The notes beneath the pieces are model-generated. The model did no database searches, had not been told where the DNA came from, and worked only from the letters and a program-made list of their open reading frames with translations. The translations under genes and the position numbers were made by a program. A DNA stretch of 60,433 bases, the filler included, from Methanobacteriota archaeon (GTDB taxonomy: Archaea; JACRDV01): assembly GCA_024860865.1 (NCBI GenBank). It is 9 parts of 9 records of this genome, joined end to end, with 100 filler letters (N's around TTAATTAATTAA, not from the genome) between each part and the next. Parts side by side here need not be neighbours in the genome. Positions count along the whole stretch, not along the records: positions 42,923 to 55,365 come from JACRDV010000048.1; positions 55,466 to 57,472 come from JACRDV010000051.1; positions 57,573 to 60,433 come from JACRDV010000003.1; 6 more parts are not named here. One strand, given 5' to 3'. Below, one piece after another: positions 49,277-59,639 of the stretch; position 1 is the first letter of the stretch, and every line of letters begins with the position of its first letter.

Positions 49277-49504
49277 TTGGTATTTGCGTACGTATTAATT
49301 GCTGTTAAACCAGGAAAAATAGACGATACAATCAAAGCATTGAAAGATATCAAAGGCGTTGAAAAAGTTTCAGCAGTTTATGGGGAAGTAGATGTCGTAG
49401 CTGAATTGAGTGCAACTGACCTTAATTCGCTCCGAAAAGTAGTTCTTGGCCAAATTCACAAAATCGATGGGATTAACAAGACTACAACTTTGCTCCAGAC
49501 TTAA
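49277..49504 (+). CDS. Stand-alone Lrp/AsnC ligand-binding (RAM) domain
   Basis: AYVLI, VYGEVDVVAE, IDGINKTTT. Confidence 0.88.
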   Translation: MVFAYVLIAVKPGKIDDTIKALKDIKGVEKVSAVYGEVDVVAELSATDLNSLRKVVLGQIHKIDGINKTTTLLQT

Positions 49505-49530
49505 ATTTTCGCAATTTAAGTTGGCAAAAC

Positions 49531-50428
49531 ATGTACTTTGACTTAGCTGTTATTGGAAACCTTACGCTTGACCATATAGTAACGCCATTTACTGAAATCA
49601 ATACTTTTGGCGGAACAGCAGCTTATACTAGCATTACAGCGAGAAGATTAGGCAGTTCAGTTGGAATAGTTTCTAAAATTGGATCTGATTTTCCACAAAC
49701 ATATCTTAACCAATTAAGAAAAGAAGATGTTGATCTCTATTGTGTTGAGGTTTCAAACGCAACAACGCAATTTGAACTAGTGTACGATCACAACTGGAAT
49801 AGAAGACTTAAATTAAAAGCACAATGTGCTAAAATCCTTCCAGAAGATATTCCTAAAAAATTTTTTGATACTAAGATCATTCATTTTGGTCCAGTTTTTC
49901 AGGAAATTGATTATAGAATAGTATCGTTTGTAAAAGATAACTTTACTGGCGAAATTTCACTGAGCCTTCAAGGACTGGTTCGAGTAGTTAAAAATGATAC
50001 TATTGAAATTTCTCATCCTTCTGATCTCGACCGGATTTTGGAAGCTGTAGATATTCTCTTTGCTAATGAGACAGAGATCATTTTCGATCCAAGTAAAGAA
50101 CTTAATCAAAACATAGAGATATTCAAAAAACTCGGCCCGAAGATTATCATCATCACATTAGGTAAGAAAGGTTCGATTATTTTTTCAGGCGATGATAGCT
50201 TTCATTATTCCACCAGTTAAGGCAGAAACTCGAGATCCCACGGGTGCTGGCGATTCATTTGTTGGAGGTTTTATTGGCGAATATCTTAAAACTAAGGACA
50301 TTAAGCGGGCTGGACTAGTTGGTTCCGTGGCAGCTTCTTTTGTAATTGAGGATTATGGGCCTTTTAATTTCCCAAAAAGCCCAAATGAGATTTTTAAGCG
50401 CTTAAGAAGCCAAAATATAGCTTTTTAG
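49531..50428 (+). pseudogene. PfkB/ribokinase-family kinase with a 1-nt frameshift near 50200 (mutation or sequencing error)
   Basis: GGTAAY and TLGKKGS in one frame, DPTGAGDSF in the next; deleting one base gives normal spacing. Confidence 0.85.
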
Positions 50429-50531
50429 ATATAGAGAAGGAGTCTGACATTAGTCTGACAAAAACGAGACATTTATATTGCTGTGAATACTAAAAGAGAG
50501 ACGCAGACGGTTCTTTGGAGGTAAATAAGGT

Positions 50532-50972
50532 ATGGGATTCTTTGATAAACTAAAAGAATGGTTCCATATTGGCGAGGAAAGAGAGCCAGAAGAGGCTGCG
50601 CCAAAAGTGGAGGAGTCAATCCAATTTAATGAAAATTTAAAACCTGAGTCAGTTGAGTCTCGATCAGATTCTCAAGCGAGCGAAATCTTAGCTGATTTTC
50701 CTTCTCCTGCTATAGAGACAATTGAACCAATTAAACTTAATGAAACGACTGAAGCAGCATATGAAGTACCTAAGATTGAGGAAATTGAATTAAATAGACC
50801 AATTGAAGAATCTAAGGTAGAGCCTTTAATTGATGAAATCAAAGTTGATGAAATAAAAGTACAACAACCAATTGAAGAACCTAAAGTTGAAGAGATAATA
50901 CCTCTCACTGTAAAGACTCGGGCTAAGAAAGGGAGAAGAAGTCGCGGCCGACCAAGAAAAAGATTATCTTAG
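50532..50972 (+). CDS. Acidic low-complexity protein with basic AT-hook-like tail
   Basis: GGAGGT RBS; MGFFDKLKEWF, Glu/Pro-rich repeats, RRSRGRPRKR. Confidence 0.7.
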   Translation: MGFFDKLKEWFHIGEEREPEEAAPKVEESIQFNENLKPESVESRSDSQASEILADFPSPAIETIEPIKLNETTEAAYEVPKIEEIELNRPIEESKVEPLIDEIKVDEIKVQQPIEEPKVEEIIPLTVKTRAKKGRRSRGRPRKRLS

Positions 50973-51686
50973 TTTAATGATTGATTCGAAAATCTCACTT
51001 GGATGGCGAAGAACAACTACTCCTTCGAAGTTTCTTAACTTACTTAGATTATCCAGGTCTACTTTCCTCGTCTGAATTTTAATTTTTTTATTTTCAATGA
51101 TAGCTTGTGCTGGACAAACTTCTATACATTTTCTGCATTGGTTACATTTAAGTAAATTAATTCTTGGACCAATTGTTATTGCCTCACTCGTACAAACTTT
51201 CACTGCTAAGCACACTTCACATTTTATACATTTTTCATGATTAATGTGAATAGGCAATGATATTTCTGTTATTTTTGTTTGTTCAACAGGGACAAAATGG
51301 ACCTTGATTGAGTTTTTCATGGCTTGAGCAATGGCATTCGTTAGCAAACTGTCAGAAATTCCATGAACAACTTTAGCAACGATATTAGTTGTAGTTGGCG
51401 AAATTATTAGCACTTTATATAAACCCGTTGAAAAACGCCCAATTATAGGGAAACTTGCCCCTTGTTCGGCACTTTCAAATATTTCTTCACAGTAGTTACC
51501 TGGGGAAATTGCTTTCAATCGGCTCCATAGCCCATAAGTTTTAACAAGTTCTTTTCCTGCCCTTGAAAGTAAAGTTGTTATTTTAATGTTATTATTACGG
51601 CATTTTTCCATAGCATCAAATGTTTCAAATAAAAAATGAGCGGCACCAGTTATCCCCCATGCGATAAAAAAAGGCACTGCCACCAC
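50964..51686 (-). CDS. Archaeal flavoprotein with two [4Fe-4S] motifs (dihydromethanopterin reductase-like)
   Basis: AWGITGAAH, PTTTNIVAKVVHGISDSL, CxxCxxC motifs. Confidence 0.82.
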   Translation of the reverse strand: MVAVPFFIAWGITGAAHFLFETFDAMEKCRNNNIKITTLLSRAGKELVKTYGLWSRLKAISPGNYCEEIFESAEQGASFPIIGRFSTGLYKVLIISPTTTNIVAKVVHGISDSLLTNAIAQAMKNSIKVHFVPVEQTKITEISLPIHINHEKCIKCEVCLAVKVCTSEAITIGPRINLLKCNQCRKCIEVCPAQAIIENKKIKIQTRKVDLDNLSKLRNFEGVVVLRHPSEIFESIIKLR

Positions 51687-51781
51687 CTGTTATTTGTTAC
51701 TTTATCTAATAATCAATAAAGTTAACAGAACCGATTTATGAGACAACCTCCATAATTTCCATTAATCGCTGCATGTCAGCA

Positions 51782-52195
51782 TTATTGTTCCATTAATTTT
51801 AACAATTCAGCTGTACTAAATACTCTTATTTCTTTTTTCCCTTCATAATCAGGATCATTGGTCCAAATACTATTGCAATTCAAAGCTAGATAACAAGCAA
51901 CATAGGGCACATCTTTTACATCCTCTTTCATTATTGCTTTAGCGTTTTCTTTGTAAGCTTCATATTCATCGGCCGTAATTATTGTTATTTTCTCAAAAAT
52001 TAGCGCCATTAATAGTTCAAACTCATCTTTAGTTAATCCAGCTTTTTCGCATATTTCAGATTCATACTTGTAAATCTCATCAAAGACAAAATCAGGTGAA
52101 ACAAATTCAAACTTGTTGCTCATTATGATTTCTCGAGCTTTGCTATCTTTGACCAAAGCAGCTATAATCATGTTTGCGTCAATGACAATTTTCAT
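51782..52195 (-). CDS. PIN-domain toxin
   Basis: IVIDANMII, DVKDVPYVA, IWTNDPD. Confidence 0.9.
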   Translation of the reverse strand: MKIVIDANMIIAALVKDSKAREIIMSNKFEFVSPDFVFDEIYKYESEICEKAGLTKDEFELLMALIFEKITIITADEYEAYKENAKAIMKEDVKDVPYVACYLALNCNSIWTNDPDYEGKKEIRVFSTAELLKLMEQ

Positions 52196-52419
52196 ATTAT
52201 TAATCTATGTCTTCTAGCCACTTCTTTCTTTATCTTCCTGCCTATTTCCAGAGCTTCCTTCTCTGTCAACTTGCTTTTAGACACTAACTTATCCATTAAT
52301 TCTAATTTCTTCGCATGCTCCCACATTGCTTGTCTTGCCACTTCACTCCATTTTACTTCCTTATGCTTGTTCATTATTTTTTTTAAATCTTCTGGAATAG
52401 CTAAAGTCATGTTTGTCAT
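52192..52419 (-). CDS. Ribbon-helix-helix antitoxin
   Basis: MTNMTLAIPEDL...EVKWSEVARQA; overlaps the PIN start. Confidence 0.85.
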   Translation of the reverse strand: MTNMTLAIPEDLKKIMNKHKEVKWSEVARQAMWEHAKKLELMDKLVSKSKLTEKEALEIGRKIKKEVARRHRLII

Positions 52420-52562
52420 TTAAATCCCTAAGTATAATAAGTATAATTACTTATTTAAGGTTTTTTTAAAACTTATATGTCCACAGCCACTCCCTACGAT
52501 TTCATATTGGCTCTCTTTGCGGCGACTCTCTACACTCAAAGACAAGGGCAAAAAACTTTGCT

Positions 52563-52736
52563 AGAGTAGATGCAAAAGTATTTTCACCAAACGATGAGAT
52601 GAATCCAAAATTTGGTAATGCTCTGCGGAAGGCTGCTTTAGAAGGCATTGAAATATATGCCTATTCATCACAATTTATCGGAAATGAAATAAAGTTAAAG
52701 AAAAAAATTGATTTATTTATAAAAATAATTAAGTGA
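52563..52736 (+). pseudogene. sfsA: C-terminal remnant of SfsA nuclease
   Basis: RVDAKVFSPNDEMNPKFGNALRKAALEGIEIYAY with no N-terminal part. Confidence 0.7.
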
Positions 52737-52934
52737 ACGAAATTATATAGCCTTCTCATGCTTTACATTTTTATGCAGTATCCTTCGTAGCCTCAATTAT
52801 GTTTATCTATTAATAAGTCAAGTCGAGATTTTGGCATTGTAATCTTTTCCATTCTTAAGAAAAGATGGGACAAAGCATGCGACTAAATTAAGATTTTACT
52901 AAGAAGCAAACGTATCGCAATAAATTAGAGTGCC

Positions 52935-53582
52935 TTATTCAACTTGACCTAGGCTATACTCCTGAATTAATTTTTCAATATATTCTGCAGCCCGTTTTTC
53001 TTTTGGTAAATTTTTTGCAACAGTAATTGTCTCCTCTAATTTTTTCCTAAGCTTTTTAGCAATTACTTCTTTGTTTCTTCCTAATGCAACTTGAAGTTTT
53101 GTTGCAACTATTATAGCTCTAAGCGAAGGTGAAGTATTTCTCTTAAAAACAGGAACAAAATTTTTAACATAGATTTTTTCAATTTTTGCTTCAACTTTTG
53201 AAATTTCTGATTCTCCTAAATCATCTTTTTTCATATAATCAAAAAAATCAGTTGGGATAAACTCAATAAAGCCATCAGCAGCTTTTAATCTAGGAGCATT
53301 TACTACATCAGCACGCTCAAATTCATTTAATTGGAATTGCTTCTTAATAGCAGCATTTGCAAAGATCTTTAAATCTCTTGTTACATTCACTACGCCTGCT
53401 TCATTTGCAATGAGATTTTTGTAAGTATCTGTTTCCTCATAAATGTGAAAAATGAGTTTTTGATTTTGATATTCTAAACCCATAGGGGCAGCATTAGGAA
53501 TTTTGGAGTTTGGAAAATAAGTTGTCAAAATTATCTCAACTGGCTCACGAGTTATCCCAAGTTTCTCTAGAATTTCTTCCAT
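52935..53582 (-). CDS. DUF447 family protein
   Basis: EIILTT, PNAAPMG, TYKNL, PRLKAA. Confidence 0.85.
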   Translation of the reverse strand: MEEILEKLGITREPVEIILTTYFPNSKIPNAAPMGLEYQNQKLIFHIYEETDTYKNLIANEAGVVNVTRDLKIFANAAIKKQFQLNEFERADVVNAPRLKAADGFIEFIPTDFFDYMKKDDLGESEISKVEAKIEKIYVKNFVPVFKRNTSPSLRAIIVATKLQVALGRNKEVIAKKLRKKLEETITVAKNLPKEKRAAEYIEKLIQEYSLGQVE

Positions 53583-53603
53583 TTTCTAAACCAGTTAAAT
53601 CCA

Positions 53604-54548
53604 TTACGGCCTAAAGCTGAGAAGTATTGCTACCAGCAAAGAAGAAGCAGTTAGATCAGCAGTTGTTCCAGGATTTAGTTTATTGTTCTGAGTTCGCAAA
53701 CTTTTATCAAAATCTTGGAGTTTTTGAAAACCTTCCTTACTTAGTACCCCAGTTCTTAAAATTTTTTTCGCTTCATTTGAAACTTCCATTGCTTTTTCCC
53801 TACCAACTTTTCTCGCAATCAATGTATCAGGATAGTTTGCCAGTATAGTTAAGAAAGTTTCTATTGTTGCGGTATTGATATTTTTTGTCTCTTTATAAGC
53901 TTTAATAAATGTTGGGCACCCAACTTCAAAAGTTATTCTTAAATCGGTTATCCATTCTTCAGAAATTCTATCATAAGGTGCAGAAATTGCCATTAAAACG
54001 TATAAAGTTGTATTCATTTTTAATATTTCAGATTTTGTCGAATCTTCATATACATCAAGGTATTGAATTTTGCTAAGACCGCCTGGAGCCGCAAGTTTTA
54101 TCGCATCAATAAAATCTAGAGCATCTTGAACTGTTGTAGAGTGAATCACCATCCTTAGGTTATCTCTAAGTTTTTTAGATTCGAATTCTTTCTCCTCACC
54201 CAAGGATTTTCCTGCAGCAGCTATTAGCGGCATAAATAGCAGCAAAGTCCCTAAATTCGTATTCCCCCCAGTTTGCCAACGGATAGTTTCATAAACTCCT
54301 TCTTTGATATGGGCCCCAATCTTAAGTTCATTCAAACTAATGGAGCCGCTACCCGCTTTAAATCCAAGCTCGGCCTGTTTTTTAAAGACTGGCCCAACAG
54401 CTGCTGTGCTGGCTAAAAAGTGTTCATACTTTGTTTCCTTAAAATCGGCAGTTCTGTGAACGCAACCGGGTTTGGGGGAGCCGCTAATCTCTAACAAAAT
54501 TGCCAATTGGGCTGCTCGCATTATGTCATCAATTTCCAAAAAAATCAA
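53604..54548 (-). CDS. CitG family triphosphoribosyl-dephospho-CoA synthase-like protein
   Basis: PKPGCVHR, NTNLG, PDTLIARK, NPGTTADL. Confidence 0.92.
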   Translation of the reverse strand: MIFLEIDDIMRAAQLAILLEISGSPKPGCVHRTADFKETKYEHFLASTAAVGPVFKKQAELGFKAGSGSISLNELKIGAHIKEGVYETIRWQTGGNTNLGTLLLFMPLIAAAGKSLGEEKEFESKKLRDNLRMVIHSTTVQDALDFIDAIKLAAPGGLSKIQYLDVYEDSTKSEILKMNTTLYVLMAISAPYDRISEEWITDLRITFEVGCPTFIKAYKETKNINTATIETFLTILANYPDTLIARKVGREKAMEVSNEAKKILRTGVLSKEGFQKLQDFDKSLRTQNNKLNPGTTADLTASSLLVAILLSFRP

Positions 54549-55315
54549 CCAGATTTAGAAACCCAACAGTGAATTTGATTTTTAATCTTGCCTGAGCGAA
54601 TTAAATCTAAACTTTTAGCCGCTAGATGGGCAGCCTCTTCAGCTAACTTGCCCTGCCCAATTCCAACTTTTAATTTAACATTAGTTGTGCTTTCCACTGA
54701 ATCAAAAATTTTCTTAAAATCAGATTCAGAAACGCCATTTGATGGTGAGATAAAATTATCACCACCAGCATAAAACACGAGAGCCCCTCTTTTTAACAGT
54801 TCTTGCATTAAAATTTGGTGGACTTTATTCACAATTATATAACTATCATAAATTGGTTTCGTATCGGTGTAAATAGTTGTGCCGTTAATATCGATGTGGG
54901 CAATTTGAACAAGACTATTAGCTCCATTAACTAGCTCATTGCCTATGGCTAAAACTTCTTTTCGTGCACTCGACTTCGAGCTTCCAAATTTTTGTAACGC
55001 TTCAGTGGCAATCTTTTGGGCTTCATAAGCAGTGCTTCCAGAACCAATTCCCATACTAATTGTTATTGGATATCGATATCTAATGCTCTGTTGAATTTCT
55101 TGATGATCTTTCTCAGTTAGGCCATTAGAGATAACAAACATATTATCGAACCTGCAAAAGAAAGCTAAAGCTCCCTTTGATGCGAATAAACGCTCGATGT
55201 CAGCATACAGTTCGGCTTGAAGAACTTGAAGATCAGCTTCTCTTTTAGGCTCAGGCGTAACTGTCCATGGGCCGTAGTTATCAATCTGAACCACCGTCAC
55301 TTGGATTTTGCTCAC
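54545..55315 (-). CDS. gch3: GTP cyclohydrolase III (IIa)
   Basis: QIDNYGPWT, RFDN, AHIDIN, GGDNF. Confidence 0.93.
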   Translation of the reverse strand: MSKIQVTVVQIDNYGPWTVTPEPKREADLQVLQAELYADIERLFASKGALAFFCRFDNMFVISNGLTEKDHQEIQQSIRYRYPITISMGIGSGSTAYEAQKIATEALQKFGSSKSSARKEVLAIGNELVNGANSLVQIAHIDINGTTIYTDTKPIYDSYIIVNKVHQILMQELLKRGALVFYAGGDNFISPSNGVSESDFKKIFDSVESTTNVKLKVGIGQGKLAEEAAHLAAKSLDLIRSGKIKNQIHCWVSKSG

Positions 55316-55465
55316 AAGATCACCGTCACTTCATATTGAAAAAGAGCACTATTAAAATTTTGGGTNNNNNNNNNNNNNNNNNNNNNNNNNNNNNNNNNNN
55401 NNNNNNNNNTTAATTAATTAANNNNNNNNNNNNNNNNNNNNNNNNNNNNNNNNNNNNNNNNNNNN

Positions 55466-56194
55466 AATTCTAGTTTTAACGAAGTTTCTCTCTGCCCTTC
55501 TTATTTTTTTGAGCCTGCTTCTTGCCCTGCAATTGTTTTTAGACTGAAGTTTAGATCTTCTGAGCTCGAAAAGAATTCTTTTGTGCTTTACATCCCTTCC
55601 AAAATAGAGCTGCTTCAAAACTTTGTTTTTAGCTGGGTCAAAAACTGTTGCTGCAGCAAGGCTCGCAGAGCCAACATCTATTCCAACAACAGTTTCTCCT
55701 ATAGAGACCTCAAAATTTTTTTGAATGACTGCTTTGATTTTGTTTTTAACCAAAAGAAAGCTTTTGAAATTCCAGTTATCTCTGAGCAAATCTTGAAACC
55801 TATGGTAGTTCCTGTTTTGCTTAATTGGAATAGCAATCCTTTTTCCAATTGTTCTGAGCAATATTACTGGATTTCCCCTTTCAGTTTTAGCAAGCTTGAA
55901 AAGCCTAGTATCGAAAGTAACTGGGATATTTTTTGGCATTCCATTCATTCTACTGTTCCAAGCAAACCTCCTTGCCTGCTCCACGAGCTGGCTCGGGAGA
56001 TTTGTTTTCTCTCTAACAATTTTGTAAGTAAGGTAGTGGAGCTCAGTTGAAGTTTTTGGGTGTAGATTATTGATTGCATCAAAACAAATTCTAAAGGCCT
56101 CTGAATACTCAAAAGAAAGATTAGCTAAGGCTGTCTCTTTGATATTTGTTAATGGCAGTGTATCTAGTTCAATGGCTCTAAAAGAGGTCTTCAT
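55466..56194 (-). CDS. tnpB: TnpB-family RNA-guided nuclease (5' part)
   Basis: LPSQL, VVGIDVG RuvC-I, basic bridge region. Confidence 0.85.
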
Positions 56195-56264
56195 GCAATT
56201 ATATGCTACTTTCCAAATATATAAGTTGACAGAGGTGGCCGAAAGTATTCTTTAAAAGCTTCCG

Positions 56265-56305
56265 AACTTCCTCCCACTGCTGAAGCAATGGGTATCCTTT
56301 CGGGG
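56265..56305 (-). mobile_element. IS200/IS605-type end hairpin upstream of tnpB
   Basis: CCCACTGC-TGAA-GCAATGGG (56273-92) within TTCCTCCC...GGGTATCC. Confidence 0.7.
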
Positions 56306-56311
56306 TTATCT

Positions 56312-57313
56312 ATGAAGGCTCTTGTAAATTTCCTAAAGAAATCAGTTGATGGTGGAAAAATATTGCTACTTTGCCATCATAATGCTGATTTAGACGCGGT
56401 TGGCAGCGCAATTGCCCTATCTGAGGTTTTTAAAGAAAAATTTCCAAAGGCACAAGTAAAAATTGGAGTTGCGGAAAGCGTGAGCAAAGCAGGTTCAAAA
56501 CTGCTGGCTGAACTTGGACATGAAGCAGCAATTAATCCTAATCCAACTGATTTTGATATCATCATAACGCTTGATATTTCGACTCCGAGCCAAGTCTCTC
56601 CCATTCAACTCCCCTTGGATAAACCGATCGTTGTGATTGACCATCATTACAGCAATCAAAAATTGGAACAATTTACGAAATATTCGCTTACAGATGAGAA
56701 AGCCGCGGCCACAGGGGAGCTCGTTTATCGGCTTTTAACTGAACTAAAAGCTAAAATAACTGAAAAAATTGGATCAGCATTAATAGCTAGCATTATCACA
56801 GATAGCGCTCATTTGAGAACCGCTTCTCCAATTACATTTAGGATTATCGCAGAGATTCTTGAGAAAACAAAGATTAATTTCCATTCTGTACTGGCTTTGT
56901 TAGAAGAGCCACTTGATTTGTCTAAAAAAATTGCCCACTTAAAGGCTGCTCAAAGGTTAAAAATTCATAGAATAAATGATTGGGTTGTAGTTACTTCAAC
57001 TGTTAGTTCGCACGAAGCTTCAGCATCAAGAGGATTATTGCAACTTGGAGCAGATGTAACGCTAGTTGCTGCTACAAAAGAAGACCAAGTTAGAATAAGT
57101 GGAAGAGCACGACCTGAGATTATCCAAAAAACTGGCTTTCATTTGGCTCGAGATGTGATGATTAAAATCGGAGAAACAATTGGTGGGACTGGCGGGGGCC
57201 ACAATGCTGCTGCCGCAGCCAATGGCCCTTTAGTCGAGAAAACTGAAAATGCACTGAAAGAGGCTGTCAAATTAATACGCGAGTATTTGAGAATTCATCC
57301 TACTAAAGCATAG
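56312..57313 (+). CDS. DHH/DHHA1 phosphoesterase
   Basis: HHNADLDAVGS, IDHH, TDS, GGGH. Confidence 0.92.
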   Translation: MKALVNFLKKSVDGGKILLLCHHNADLDAVGSAIALSEVFKEKFPKAQVKIGVAESVSKAGSKLLAELGHEAAINPNPTDFDIIITLDISTPSQVSPIQLPLDKPIVVIDHHYSNQKLEQFTKYSLTDEKAAATGELVYRLLTELKAKITEKIGSALIASIITDSAHLRTASPITFRIIAEILEKTKINFHSVLALLEEPLDLSKKIAHLKAAQRLKIHRINDWVVVTSTVSSHEASASRGLLQLGADVTLVAATKEDQVRISGRARPEIIQKTGFHLARDVMIKIGETIGGTGGGHNAAAAANGPLVEKTENALKEAVKLIREYLRIHPTKA

Positions 57314-57572
57314 CCTGCAACAAGATAAAAATTTCTTCATCAGTTTTCACGGTAAAAGGTTTGAAAAATTTAGTATATTAATATTTAATACACTACACTT
57401 AGACCTGGGAGCAACTAATATGGCGATAAGAAGTGAATTCAAAAATTTGATTAGAAATATAGAGCATGCTATNNNNNNNNNNNNNNNNNNNNNNNNNNNN
57501 NNNNNNNNNNNNNNNNTTAATTAATTAANNNNNNNNNNNNNNNNNNNNNNNNNNNNNNNNNNNNNNNNNNNN

Positions 57573-57705
57573 TTCTGAGTTTATGTACGCGAATCCAATC
57601 TGCTTCTGTTGAAATTCTCGCTTCACCAGTTCTAGTTGCTATCTTTCCGTCTAAACTCATAGCAGCATTCAAAATAACATATGGTCTCTTCAAGCCATCT
57701 ACCAA
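57573..57705 (-). CDS. RibD-C-type pyrimidine reductase (5' part)
   Basis: RPYVILNAAMSLDGKIAT...VHKLR. Confidence 0.88.
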
Positions 57706-57803
57706 GGCAGACTTTATAAAAAAATAACGAGCTCCCTATATAACCCTAACTAAGGCAAGAAAAGTAGTTAACAATCTCGCAAAAACCAGAAGAGTTTAAA
57801 ATT

Positions 57804-58058
57804 CTATCTTGCTTCTTCAAACTGGGTTAGCCTACGAATTAGCACTATGTCGCCGATAGCTATGATCATGTTGTACGGTATTATTACTCCTTTTTTTCCG
57901 CCTAATTCTGTTAAAGCACTGCCTCTAGTTGGGGCAGCAGCAATTCCTGTTACTTTTCCAACACGAGCATCAAGTGCAATATCTTCAACCTTGCCTATAT
58001 AACGAGCTGTCTCAGAGAAGATATCCATACCGTATAAGTCAGACATTTTAAAGGCCAT
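57804..58058 (-). CDS. PRC-barrel protein (CdpB-like)
   Basis: LYGMDIF...YIGKVEDI...IIPY..IIAIGDIVLI. Confidence 0.88.
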   Translation of the reverse strand: MAFKMSDLYGMDIFSETARYIGKVEDIALDARVGKVTGIAAAPTRGSALTELGGKKGVIIPYNMIIAIGDIVLIRRLTQFEEAR

Positions 58059-58335
58059 ATTTTGCCACCAACCGCTTATAGTCCTATGCCAAGAATATAG
58101 TTTTTTCGTTTCGTTTTGGGCCAATCGATTAAAATAAGAGTTAATTATAGAATTGTTATCCTATTAGCAACTTGAAACTGGACATTTTCTAAGCTCTTTT
58201 TCTCTAAATCTACAAAATTTTAAGCTTATGAAGCGCAAAAAAGTCACTTATCAAGCACTGAAGAGCGTTATTTAACTGTTCGAAAGTTTAATAATTTAAC
58301 TTCTATTATCTATCACATACTTCTCGAGGATTAAA

Positions 58336-59622
58336 ATGCAATTTAAAAAGATTGCAGAAGATGTCCAAAATTTAGTAAAAACTCACCATGAATGGATGGA
58401 CACTACACTTAATATGATAGCTAGTGAAAATATAACAAGCCCAGCTGTTAGGAAGGTAATAGCCTCTGATTTTTCGCACCGATATGCAGAGGGAGAACCA
58501 AGAGATAGACTTTACCAAGGATGTAAATACATAGATGAGGTCGAACTAATCGCAATCAACTTAGCCAAAAAACTTTTCGATGCGGAGCATGTTAACGTCA
58601 AGCCAGTTTCTGGTGCTGTGGCAAATCTTGCTCTTTTTACTGCCTTAACTAAGCCTGGTGATACTATAATGGCTCTCAGCGTGCCAAGTGGAGCTCATAT
58701 ATCAACTGCAAAATTTGGCGCTGCTGGCGTTCGGGGATTAAATGTTGAGAGTATTCCATTTAATCAAAAAGGAATGACTGTAGATGTAGATGGAATGATT
58801 AAAAAAATTAGAGATATTAAACCAAAACTAATTTTATTTGGCGGGAGCATATTTCTATTTCCTCATCCTGTAAAAGAAGCGCGCACAGTTGCTGATGAAA
58901 TTGGAGCTTATGTTGGCTATGATGCAGCTCACGTATTCGGTTTAATAGCTGGAAAACAGTTCCAAGATCCACTCCGCGAAGGTGCTGATGCCATAAGCTC
59001 AAGTCGGCATAAGACTTTCCCCGGACCACAAGGTGGGCTTATTCTTTGCAAACAAAATTTAGCTAAAAAAATTGATAATGCTGTATTCCCGGGTTTGGTT
59101 AGCAACCATCACCTCCATCATATAGCTGGTCTGGCTATTACATTAGCTGAAATGCTAGAATTTGGAGAGGCATATGCAAAACAGATCATAAAAAATGCTA
59201 AAACTTTAGCTGAAGAACTTCATAATTCCGGACTTAATGTTTTATGCGCAGACAAAGGTTTTACTGCTTCCCACCAAGTTGTAATTGACGTTTTAAAGAA
59301 CGGTGGAGGAGGGCAGATAGCTAAAACCCTTGAAGAAGCAAATATCATTGTTAACAAAAACTTATTGCCTTGGGATAGCATTGATCACGCAAAAAATCCT
59401 TCAGGCATAAGGTTAGGCGTTCAAGAACTAACTCGGCTTGGGATGAAAGAAGGAGAAATGGCAAAAGTAGCAGAGTTAATTAAAAGGATTGTTTTAGATA
59501 AAGAAAATCCATTAAAAGTTCGCTCTGAAGTTATTAAGTTTAGGCAAAACTTCAAAAAAGTTCACTATTGCTTTGATTCTGCTCTTGAAGCCTATAGATA
59601 TGCTGAGCTTAAGTTAGGCTGA
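58336..59622 (+). CDS. glyA: Serine hydroxymethyltransferase
   Basis: [32 protein letters not shown]. Confidence 0.97.
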   Translation: MQFKKIAEDVQNLVKTHHEWMDTTLNMIASENITSPAVRKVIASDFSHRYAEGEPRDRLYQGCKYIDEVELIAINLAKKLFDAEHVNVKPVSGAVANLALFTALTKPGDTIMALSVPSGAHISTAKFGAAGVRGLNVESIPFNQKGMTVDVDGMIKKIRDIKPKLILFGGSIFLFPHPVKEARTVADEIGAYVGYDAAHVFGLIAGKQFQDPLREGADAISSSRHKTFPGPQGGLILCKQNLAKKIDNAVFPGLVSNHHLHHIAGLAITLAEMLEFGEAYAKQIIKNAKTLAEELHNSGLNVLCADKGFTASHQVVIDVLKNGGGGQIAKTLEEANIIVNKNLLPWDSIDHAKNPSGIRLGVQELTRLGMKEGEMAKVAELIKRIVLDKENPLKVRSEVIKFRQNFKKVHYCFDSALEAYRYAELKLG

Positions 59623-59639
59623 TAATTTGAATTTAACTT

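Noticed and set aside
50190-50220. Second BHB intron at the PfkB frameshift
   Set aside because: Motif spacing leaves room for only one extra base and I see no BHB fold
43297-51732. Recurring AACAGAAC near 43298, 44914 and 51724 as element ends
   Set aside because: Too short; only the 44914 copy has supporting tnpB context
4822-57572. Repeated TTAATTAATTAA within N runs
   Set aside because: Artificial contig linker; ORFs ending in it are truncated artefacts and cross-gap adjacency is meaningless
290-59029. Many short antisense or nested ORFs in the track (e.g. 740-1066, 7710-8096, 27495-27914, 45975-46442, 55583-56050)
   Set aside because: Shadows of well-supported genes with no motifs of their own
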